Positions 1-7,636 of a stretch of DNA of 64,000 nucleotides are shown one piece after another. The translations under genes and the position numbers were made by a program. The notes beneath the pieces were generated by a model, which was given only the letters and a program-made list of their open reading frames with translations, had not been told where the DNA came from and searched no databases. Location of the stretch: positions 8,030-72,029 of the forward strand of contig JAPPAR010000001.1 of assembly GCA_026705445.1 (NCBI GenBank). Direction: 5' to 3'. The DNA comes from Candidatus Dadabacteria bacterium. GTDB lineage: Bacteria > Desulfobacterota_D > UBA1144 > Nemesobacterales > Nemesobacteraceae. Each line of letters starts with the position of its first letter. Within the stretch, counting starts at the first letter, position 1.

Positions 1-447
1 GTGTCAGTTGCCAGAAGCGTCAGCAGGGGAGATGTTCTCGAGGTATCGCTTACAAGAGACGGCACGGTGGAAACCGTCGCGGGCGAGGTTGACGGCGTGA
101 GTCCGGGTTCTGATGATTTCTCGGGCACCTACGATATCGAGATTGCCATATCCGATCCCTCGGTAAAATGGTGGCCCGGGGAAATGGTTTCCGTAAAAAT
201 ACCGGTGCAGACGCTTGATAATGTCGTCAGAATTCCCAAGACGGCTGTCTTGTCCGACGACAAAGAAAATTCCTCTTTCGTGCTGGTTGAAAAAAACGGA
301 GAAGTTCTCAAGGCTAAGGTGGCGCCCACGTGGATAGACGACAACTCGGCCTACATATCCTTTGATTCCCTTCCCCCGGATTCCAGAATCATAACCGAGG
401 GGAACTTCGGCCTTCTTCCCGGTCAGCCGGTAAGGATTGTCGACTAA
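1..447 (+). CDS. Efflux RND transporter periplasmic adaptor (MFP) subunit, C-terminal part (runs off the left edge)
   Basis: MFP-like beta-barrel and membrane-proximal motifs: 'PGEMVSVKI', 'IPKTAVL', 'IITEGNFGLLPGQPVRI'. Confidence 0.7.
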   Translation: MSVARSVSRGDVLEVSLTRDGTVETVAGEVDGVSPGSDDFSGTYDIEIAISDPSVKWWPGEMVSVKIPVQTLDNVVRIPKTAVLSDDKENSSFVLVEKNGEVLKAKVAPTWIDDNSAYISFDSLPPDSRIITEGNFGLLPGQPVRIVD

Positions 448-474
448 TTTTCCGTTTCCCCGGGGTGCCCGGGT

Positions 475-1638
475 TCAGCAGGGCTGACTGCTGAGAAATT
501 CGCACTTTTCCCGGATTATCTCTGCCGCTCTTTCTATCTCCTCAAAGGTGTTTTCCGGGCAGAAGCTGAATCTTATGCTTGAATACGCATGCTGTTCATC
601 CAGCCCCATGGCAGCCAGAACGTAGGATGGCGTAATGTCGAAATTCGTGCACGCGGAACTCTGCGAACACCTTATTCCCGCCTCGTCAAGAAGGGAAACC
701 AACCTTCTTCCGTCAGTTCCGCCGAAATGGATATTGGTGGTGTTGCATATTCTTTCCCCGCCGCCCCCGTTAACCGAGGTGTCCGGGATGGACTCGATTA
801 TTATTTTCTCGAACCGGTCGCGAAGATCTTTCATCTTTCCTATGGCCTGCTCAAGCCTTTTGTGCCTTATCTCGCAGGCGGCCCCAAAGCCTGTTATGCC
901 CGGAAGGTTCTCAGTCCCGGGACGAAACCCTTCCTCTTGGAATCCTCCGAAAAGAAAAGGATTCACAAGCAGCCTGTCTTTTGCGTAGAGAACCGCGGCG
1001 CCCTGGGGACCGCTGATTTTATGAGCGGTGAAAGAGAGAAAATCCACGTGAAGCTTTGCAAGGTCAACCTCGAACTTGCCTACAGCCTGGGCCGCGTCGG
1101 TGTGGAGAAGCACTCCGTTTTTCCTGCAGACCTCGGAAATGCTCGCGATATCCTGTATAACTCCGGTCTCGTTGTTAACCCACTGCACGGAAACTAGATC
1201 GGTTTTCTCGGAGATCGCGTTTTCGAGTTTTCGGATGTCAAGAATCCCATGTCTGTCCACCTCGAGCATTTCGATGTGGACGTCGTTTAGTTCGAGGAAA
1301 TTGCACATCTTCATTATCGAGGAGTGCTCTACTTGGGTTGTGACAATGTGCGGCTTCTCTTTTTTCCTGGTGCAGGAATAAAAAACCATGTTGTTTGATT
1401 CCGTGCCGGAACTTGTGAATATGAGGTCTTCGGGGGAGCATCCCACAAGATCGGAAGTCCGTTTTCGGGCAAGGTCCATGCGGTGCCTCGCCCGCTCTCC
1501 AGCCGAATGGGCGCTTGAGGGATTGCCGAACCCCTCGCCCATGGCTTCGTGCATGGCCTCCGTTACTTCGGGAAGTGGTCTTGTAGTTGCGTTGTTGTCA
1601 AGGTAGATTTCGCCGGAAATTTCCTCTGTACACCCCAT
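475..1638 (-). CDS. Cysteine desulfurase (IscS/NifS family, PLP-dependent)
   Basis: YLDNNATT, GNPSSAH, FTSSGTES, NNETG, HTDAAQ, AHK (PLP lysine), SSAC catalytic Cys. Confidence 0.92.
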   Translation of the reverse strand: MGCTEEISGEIYLDNNATTRPLPEVTEAMHEAMGEGFGNPSSAHSAGERARHRMDLARKRTSDLVGCSPEDLIFTSSGTESNNMVFYSCTRKKEKPHIVTTQVEHSSIMKMCNFLELNDVHIEMLEVDRHGILDIRKLENAISEKTDLVSVQWVNNETGVIQDIASISEVCRKNGVLLHTDAAQAVGKFEVDLAKLHVDFLSFTAHKISGPQGAAVLYAKDRLLVNPFLFGGFQEEGFRPGTENLPGITGFGAACEIRHKRLEQAIGKMKDLRDRFEKIIIESIPDTSVNGGGGERICNTTNIHFGGTDGRRLVSLLDEAGIRCSQSSACTNFDITPSYVLAAMGLDEQHAYSSIRFSFCPENTFEEIERAAEIIREKCEFLSSQPC

Positions 1639-1667
1639 TATAAAGCTAATAATACACGATTTTGTGG

Positions 1668-2060
1668 CTAAGGTGTTTCTTCCGGCAGGTCTTCGGGAAG
1701 GAGAAGGGTTATGCAGGGTTCCTCGGAGTCTTTCGTTACCGGACCCAGGTAGGAAATAACCTGAAATTCCCGGGCTTTTCCGTCTTTGGTAACCGAAGCG
1801 ATGAAATTGATCACGTTGGTTTTCTTCGTTTTTCTGGTCGCCCTTATGGACGACACGAGAGGGGAAAGTATTTCCTTTAGCCTGGTGTTTTCATCCTCGC
1901 CGCGGGCCGAGGCCTCGGAATCGGGCTCCATCATTTCCTTTTTAAGCGAGGAGGTTACGAATATGCGGATCATGAGACCTGATTCCCTCGCCACGTCGGA
2001 TACCTCGAACTGCTTTTCAAGTTCGAGGTCAGCCTCTCTTTCCAAATAGAATCTTTCCAT
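1668..2060 (-). CDS. Hypothetical protein, DUF6573-like
   Basis: Clean ORF with GGGGAGAG RBS; C-terminal 'GP..DSEEPCITLLLPED' resembles the DUF6573 ending. Confidence 0.5.
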   Translation of the reverse strand: MERFYLEREADLELEKQFEVSDVARESGLMIRIFVTSSLKKEMMEPDSEASARGEDENTRLKEILSPLVSSIRATRKTKKTNVINFIASVTKDGKAREFQVISYLGPVTKDSEEPCITLLLPEDLPEETP

Positions 2061-2152
2061 TTCTCTCCCCCTTGATATCGGTAATATATACTAGATGGTT
2101 TAGTGGGTATATACAAAACGCCGCGCCGGTGCGGCATCGGGAGAATTTCCGC

Positions 2153-2929
2153 ATGGACAAGACTGGAGAAATAAGATTTGTTCCCTTGAAGGGAATTCCG
2201 GAAGTGGGGGAGGGGGACAGCCTCGGGGAGATGATTCTGCACGCCGCCGCCCGTGAGGGATTTTCGTTTCTCGACGGGGATATAATTGTAGTTGCGCAGA
2301 AAGTGGTTTCAAAGGCCGAAGGCAGGGTCGTTAGTCTTTCCCAGGTGGAACCTTCGGGTTTCGCGGTTACGGTCTCCGAGGAAGTTTCAAAGGATCCGAG
2401 GTTGGTGGAGGTGATTCTCGGGGAAACCAGGAGAATCGTAAAAATGGACGAGAGAGAAAGCGGCAAGGGAAGACTTATAGTTGAAACGATCGGAGGGCTT
2501 GTGCTGGCAAACGCCGGCGTTGATGCGTCGAATGTTTCCGGGGGCGAGGATGTCACGCTTCTTCCGCTTGATTCCGATCGCTCCGCCGGGGTTATAAGAA
2601 AACATATAGAACAGGAAACCGGAAAGTACGTGGCCGTCATAATAAGCGATACCGTGGGACGTCCCTGGCGGGAAGGGCTCACCGACATCGCCATTGGCTG
2701 TAGCGGCATGAAGCCACTTTCTGACCGCAGGGGAGAGGCCGATACCAAAGGTCTTCTGCTTACGGCAACCGAGATGGCGACCGCGGACCAGGTGGCGTGT
2801 GCCGCGGGCTTGCTGATGGAGAAAACCGCGGCTCTGCCCGTTGTGGTAGCGCGCGGGGTCGAGTACATCCGGGGAGAGGGAAGTTCGGATGAACTGATCA
2901 GAGATCCGGCCCATGACCTGTTCAGGTAA
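2153..2929 (+). CDS. cofE: Coenzyme F420-0:L-glutamate ligase
   Basis: GIPEV..GD, GDIIVVAQKVVSKAEGR, ANAGVDASN, DTVGRPWREG motifs; start taken at ATG 2153. Confidence 0.9.
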   Translation: MDKTGEIRFVPLKGIPEVGEGDSLGEMILHAAAREGFSFLDGDIIVVAQKVVSKAEGRVVSLSQVEPSGFAVTVSEEVSKDPRLVEVILGETRRIVKMDERESGKGRLIVETIGGLVLANAGVDASNVSGGEDVTLLPLDSDRSAGVIRKHIEQETGKYVAVIISDTVGRPWREGLTDIAIGCSGMKPLSDRRGEADTKGLLLTATEMATADQVACAAGLLMEKTAALPVVVARGVEYIRGEGSSDELIRDPAHDLFR

Positions 2930-2943
2930 TCTCCCCAAATTCC

Positions 2944-3627
2944 ATGAAAGGTTTTTTCGAAAAAGATTTCCTCCTTATCTCTCACCGCGGCGCGAGTCAT
3001 TACGAACCGGAAAATACTCTCCGCTCTTTCCGCAGGGCCCTGGACATGGGGTCTGCGGTGATAGAGTTTGACGTGAGGAGAAGTCTTGACGGCCGCTTGG
3101 TCGTCATTCACGACCGGACGGTGGACAGGACCACGGATGGTAAGGGAGCCGTTTCGGGGAAGATGTTTTCTGAACTCAGATCTCTTGACGCCGGTTTCGG
3201 GGAGCGGGTACCGACTCTTGAGGAAGTCTTTGAGAATTTCGCGGGGCGCTGCGGACTCGTGGTCGAACTTAAGGAAAAAGGTACGGAAGAAGAAACGGTC
3301 TCGCTTATAAAAGCTCATGGTCTTATAAAAGATGCGGCGGTGGTTTCTTTCCGCGAGGACTGTCTTCGTGCCGTGAGGGAACTTGATCCTTCCATTACTA
3401 CGGGGCTTATTACGGTTTTCGGCTTCGGGTGCGTGAAGAAGGCTCTTTCTCTGGGCTGCCAGGTAGTTGCTACAAATCACCGTTTTATGACGCGACGCCT
3501 CGCTTCGGAAGCCCGAAGAAGAGGCCTTTTTGTGTGCTGCTGGACGGTTAACGATCCGAAACGGGGCGAAAAGCTGGCCGGGATCGGGATTAACGGGATT
3601 ATCACCGACAAGCCTGACCTGATCTGA
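2944..3627 (+). CDS. Glycerophosphodiester phosphodiesterase
   Basis: SHRGA..PENTL, EFDVR..DG..VVIHD, WTVND, ITDKP. Confidence 0.9.
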   Translation: MKGFFEKDFLLISHRGASHYEPENTLRSFRRALDMGSAVIEFDVRRSLDGRLVVIHDRTVDRTTDGKGAVSGKMFSELRSLDAGFGERVPTLEEVFENFAGRCGLVVELKEKGTEEETVSLIKAHGLIKDAAVVSFREDCLRAVRELDPSITTGLITVFGFGCVKKALSLGCQVVATNHRFMTRRLASEARRRGLFVCCWTVNDPKRGEKLAGIGINGIITDKPDLI

Positions 3628-3784
3628 AGTTGGCTTGCCGGTGCGCCTGATCTTGTCCCCAAGAGGTTAACCCGCTGAAATAACTTGAATCCGGAGTGCT
3701 TCCGCTCTCCTGTGTCGCAGTGATTTACGCGGTCGATCGGTTATTATTCGCTGTTATGCAAGCTGTTTAAGCGATGGTGAGAAA

Positions 3785-4951
3785 ATGTCGCCTGATAACG
3801 GACATTCCATATATCTTGACTATAACGCGACTACGCCTCTTGACCCGCGCGTTTTGGAAGAGATGATCCCATATCTTGCCGGAAATTATGGGAATCCTTC
3901 CAGTATTCATTCTCCCGGAAGCGTCGCGCGCGCGGCGGTTGATTGCGCCCGCGAGAGGGTATCAGGTTATCTCGGGGCGAGGCCGGGAGAAATAGTTTTT
4001 ACCTCCGGGGGCAGTGAAAGCAACAATTTCGCCATAAAAGGCTTGGCCTACGCTCTTTCTGACAGGGGAAACCATCTGGTTACGACCGCGGTCGAGCACG
4101 CCTCGTGTCTTGAAGCGTTCAGGTTTCTTGAACGCAGGGGTTTCGAGGTCACCTATCTTCCCGTGGATTCCTTCGGACGGGTCTTCCCCGAGCAGTTCCG
4201 GGAAGCGATTACCGAGCGCACGATTCTTGTTTCCTGCATGTACGTGAATAACGAGACCGGAGTTGTAAGTCCGATTCGTGACATAGGGGAAGTTGCCCGC
4301 GAGAGAGGGGTGGTTTTCCACACAGATGCGGTTCAGGCCCTAGGAAAGATGGAGATCGATCTTTCCGGTCTGCCGGTGGACATGGCGTCTTTTTCCGCCC
4401 ACAAGATATGCGGCCCCAAGGGGGCGGGAGCCCTTTACTTGAAAAAAGGGGTTGCCCTCGAGCCTTTCATGCACGGCGGGGGGCAGGAGAGGGGAAAAAG
4501 GTCGGGAACGGAGAACGTAGCGGCCGTCTGCGGATTCGGTTATGCGTGCGAGCTTCTGCGTGGGGAGCTTGAGACGGAAAACGAAAGACTGGGGAAGCTG
4601 CGCGACCGTCTTTTCGGGGAGCTTTCCCGGAAAGTAGCGGATGTTTACCTGAACGGACATCCCGACACCAGGGTCTCCAACACCCTTAACGTCGGTTTTC
4701 CAGGAACTCTGGGTGATTCGGTGGTAATGAATCTCGATACCGCCGGAGTGGCGGTTTCAACTGGTTCTGCATGCTCCGAGGGAAACGTCGACCCTTCCCA
4801 CGTGTTGATCGCCATGGGGCTCGAAGAACAGGAAGCGCTCTGCTCGGTCAGGTTCAGCTTCGGCCGTTTTACCCGTTCGGAGGAAGTCGACAGGGTGATC
4901 GAGCTTCTTCCCGCGATAGTGGAGAGAATAAGGACGCTTCAGGATTTCTGA
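3785..4951 (+). CDS. Cysteine desulfurase (IscS family)
   Basis: YLDYNATTP, GNPSSIH, SAHK, RSGTEN, STGSAC. Confidence 0.93.
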   Translation: MSPDNGHSIYLDYNATTPLDPRVLEEMIPYLAGNYGNPSSIHSPGSVARAAVDCARERVSGYLGARPGEIVFTSGGSESNNFAIKGLAYALSDRGNHLVTTAVEHASCLEAFRFLERRGFEVTYLPVDSFGRVFPEQFREAITERTILVSCMYVNNETGVVSPIRDIGEVARERGVVFHTDAVQALGKMEIDLSGLPVDMASFSAHKICGPKGAGALYLKKGVALEPFMHGGGQERGKRSGTENVAAVCGFGYACELLRGELETENERLGKLRDRLFGELSRKVADVYLNGHPDTRVSNTLNVGFPGTLGDSVVMNLDTAGVAVSTGSACSEGNVDPSHVLIAMGLEEQEALCSVRFSFGRFTRSEEVDRVIELLPAIVERIRTLQDF

Positions 4952-4993
4952 CGGGATATCATGTCGGCGGGCAGCATGTATTTACCGCGCAAA

Positions 4994-6055
4994 TTAGGGA
5001 TAAAGCGGGACGGACTCAAGTCCCAGGCTCTCGGGAAGGTCGAGCATGATGTTCATGCTCTGTATCGCTTGGCCGGAGGCTCCCTTTACCAGGTTATCTA
5101 TGGCGCAGACAATTACCGCGGTTTTTTTCTCTGGGTTTGTCCTTACTCCTATGTCGCAGAAGTTTGAACCCCTGACGCAGGAGGTGTTCGGAAAAGTCCC
5201 CTCGGGAAGAATCCTCACGAAGGGCGAGTTCTCGTAGAATTGCCCCAGGGCGTCCAGCAGTTCCCGGGTCTTATGGATTCCAGAGAGGTTTACGTATATT
5301 GTCGAGAGTATCCCCCTGTTTATCGGTACGAGATGCGGGGTGAAGGCGACTTCCACCTTGCTGCCTAGAAAATCCGAGAGTCCCTGTTCTATTTCGGGAG
5401 TATGGCGGTGCTCGCCTACCTTGTAGGCTTTCATTGCTTCGGAGACCTCGCAGAAATGAAGATCAAGCGAAGGGTTCCTTCCCGCTCCCGAAGCTGCGGA
5501 TTTGGAATCAATTATGATTCCCTCAGTTTCCACCATGCCGTTTTCAAGAAGCGGCGCGAGTGGAAGGATCGAAGAGGTGGGATAGCATCCGGGGTTTGCC
5601 ACCAGTTTTGTCTCCGATATCCGTTCCGCATGCAGTTCGGGGATTCCGTAGACGGCGTTTTCGAGAAGATGGGCGCACGGATGATCCCCGTACCAGTCCC
5701 TGTAGGTCCCTTCCCTGAGGCGGAAATCCGCCCCGAGATCAATTATCCTTACGTCCCTTCCGTAAATTTCTTCTACGAGCTCGGCCGATGCTCCGTGCGG
5801 AAGCGCGGCGAATACCACGTCGGTATCGTCCGGAATGAGCGAGGGGTCCGAACTGCTGAGCTCGAGATTGGCTATTTCTCCAAGGTGCGGAAAGACCTCG
5901 GCCAGGGCACGACCTGCGTGCCTTGACGCTGTTAAATGCGAAATGCTGGCCCGGGGATGTCCCCCAAGGAGCCTTATGAGCTCCGCTCCCGTGTAGCCGC
6001 TTGCTCCCAGAATACATACGTTAAGATTTTGGGAATTATATACTTGACTAACCAT
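4994..6055 (-). CDS. argC: N-acetyl-gamma-glutamyl-phosphate reductase; N-terminus now supplied by the inserted element
   Basis: ILGASGYTG, ANPGCYPT, SGAGR, DNLVKGASGQA; probable native ATG at 7326-7324 is separated by the insertion; in-frame ATG at 6055 has GAGG 7 nt upstream. Confidence 0.93.
   Translation of the reverse strand: MVSQVYNSQNLNVCILGASGYTGAELIRLLGGHPRASISHLTASRHAGRALAEVFPHLGEIANLELSSSDPSLIPDDTDVVFAALPHGASAELVEEIYGRDVRIIDLGADFRLREGTYRDWYGDHPCAHLLENAVYGIPELHAERISETKLVANPGCYPTSSILPLAPLLENGMVETEGIIIDSKSAASGAGRNPSLDLHFCEVSEAMKAYKVGEHRHTPEIEQGLSDFLGSKVEVAFTPHLVPINRGILSTIYVNLSGIHKTRELLDALGQFYENSPFVRILPEGTFPNTSCVRGSNFCDIGVRTNPEKKTAVIVCAIDNLVKGASGQAIQSMNIMLDLPESLGLESVPLYP
6031..6053 (+). 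repeat. Terminal inverted repeat, left copy GGGAATTATATACTTGACTAACC
   Basis: Reverse complement of 7293-7315 with one mismatch; includes the tnpB stop codon. Confidence 0.92.
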
Positions 6056-7283
6056 CTGGCTGCCTCGCATCAATTTCACGGGTCGTCGGAGTCCTTTTAA
6101 AGACGGAACGCTCCTCGCCGTGCAGTCGCGCCATTCCCAGACGCCTTATGTTAATCGCAGCGTTCGTGTCCGCGTTGGACGCAAAACCGCAACTCACACA
6201 CTGGAACCGTGCTTGAGATTTACGGTTCTCTTTTTCCGCGTGTCCGCAACGCGAACACGTCTGAGATGTATACGCGGGATTCACTTCTATCAGTCTCCCG
6301 CACTTGTAATCAAGATTTCTTCTTGTCTCCCCCATGGCGGTATCAAGCATTGCCCTGTTAAGCCCTGCCTTCTGCTTCACGTTCTTCCCCGGATTCTCTA
6401 CAGTGCCCCTTGCGGAAGCAGTCATGTTTTTTACCCTGAGGCCTTCTGTGACTGCTGTACCGCTCTTGTCCGCAATCTTCTTTGTGGTCTGATGAACCCA
6501 GTCCTTGCGGATATTGGCTATTTTCCTGCTTGTTTTCGCAAGTTTCTTCTTTGTGTCCTTCCGTCTGTTAGACCCCTTTATCTGCCTTGCCATCCTCCGC
6601 TGATACCGCTTCCGCCTTGCTTCTTTCTTCCTTAAATCGGGCAGGAAGTAGAAATGTCCGTCAGAAGTGGCGACCTGGCGTGCGTTCATGTCAACTCCCA
6701 GAACCTCACCGTCATCCGGCCTTTTCTCCACTTCAACCTCGTAGGAAACAAAGGCACGCCACCTGTGCCCGTCATGGCGAAGCACCACCTGCCTGGGTAC
6801 GCCATCCTTCCATGGATTTCCTCCCCTGCGGGTCATCTTTACCCAACCGACCCTGGGGATAAGAAGCAGAGAGTATTTTTTATCGATATTCTTTATTCTG
6901 AAGTTCTCTTTGCTTGGAAGCGTGAAGCTGGGTGCGTGCCTGTTTCTGCTTCTCGGCTTCGGAAAACCCTTCTTGCCGGCCATCGCCTCTTTCAGTGCAT
7001 CCGCAAAATACTTGAGAGTATGTTTTATGGGATTTGCAGGAAGCTCCAGAAGCCAGTCCGTCTCGTGTCTTAGCCTAGTGAACTCAACGCCGAGACTGAA
7101 ATACGATGTAGATGGTCTTTCCCCTTTGCCATTCTTGAATGCCTGGTAGTCAGCAAGGTTCTTCTCCCTGAAATGGTTCCAGACGTACCGACAGGCTCCG
7201 GCCATCTGGAACATCTTCCTTGCCTTCGCCCTCGTGGCAGGCAGAACGACAAACTCTACTGTACGTATTTCTTTAGCAGTCAT
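6048..7283 (-). CDS. tnpB: RNA-guided endonuclease TnpB family protein
   Basis: N-terminal HTH (GACRYVWN), RuvC-I GVDMN, RuvC-II TEGLRVKNM, zinc finger TSQTCSRCG..CVSCG, RuvC-III NADTNAAINI; all three acidic residues present. Confidence 0.95.
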   Translation of the reverse strand: MTAKEIRTVEFVVLPATRAKARKMFQMAGACRYVWNHFREKNLADYQAFKNGKGERPSTSYFSLGVEFTRLRHETDWLLELPANPIKHTLKYFADALKEAMAGKKGFPKPRSRNRHAPSFTLPSKENFRIKNIDKKYSLLLIPRVGWVKMTRRGGNPWKDGVPRQVVLRHDGHRWRAFVSYEVEVEKRPDDGEVLGVDMNARQVATSDGHFYFLPDLRKKEARRKRYQRRMARQIKGSNRRKDTKKKLAKTSRKIANIRKDWVHQTTKKIADKSGTAVTEGLRVKNMTASARGTVENPGKNVKQKAGLNRAMLDTAMGETRRNLDYKCGRLIEVNPAYTSQTCSRCGHAEKENRKSQARFQCVSCGFASNADTNAAINIRRLGMARLHGEERSVFKRTPTTREIDARQPDG

Positions 7284-7292
7284 GATAATGCG

Positions 7293-7315
7293 GGTTAGTC
7301 AAGTATATAGTTCCC
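7293..7315 (+). repeat. Terminal inverted repeat, right copy GGTTAGTCAAGTATATAGTTCCC
   Basis: Pairs with 6031-6053; separated from the tnpB ATG by 9 nt. Confidence 0.92.
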
Positions 7316-7636
7316 AAGTTTTTCATCACCCTCAAACGATACTACGGGAATCAGGAAAATCAATCCGTACTCCTCAACGAAGACATGCTCCCGGGAAGCG
7401 GCAGGGGAGACTTTTCGTTTTCGGAAATTCCCTGGGTTCTGGTACAATTACAAGAGGTGTTTTGAGGTTGCGGTTTACCGCAGACCGGTTGGAAACTCCG
7501 TTTAGCAAGGCAAGATAAGATTTCAAATCCGCAGGAGAAAAGCCTGCCGATACCGAAAAGATATGCCGCTTGATCAAATTCCCGTACACTCGGGATCATA
7601 GTTGGGCACACATCAGGAATTGTCGACCGATTCTCT

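Larger units (their letters stand above)
6031..7315 (-). mobile_element. Non-autonomous TIR-bounded element carrying only tnpB
   Basis: 23-bp inverted repeats at 6031-6053 and 7293-7315 (22/23 identical); flanking 8-mers AAGATTTT (6023-6030) and AAGTTTTT (7316-7323); no transposase inside. Confidence 0.85.

Noticed and set aside
2029-3480. 483-aa minus-strand ORF, and similar long antisense ORFs (8194-9108, 20689-21804, 39051-40025, 54377-55888)
   Set aside because: Shadow frames opposite well-recognised genes, with no motifs of their own
6031-7315. IStron (group I intron + tnpB) explanation for tolerance of the argC insertion
   Set aside because: No room for an intron core: only 32 nt lie upstream and 17 nt downstream of tnpB within the element
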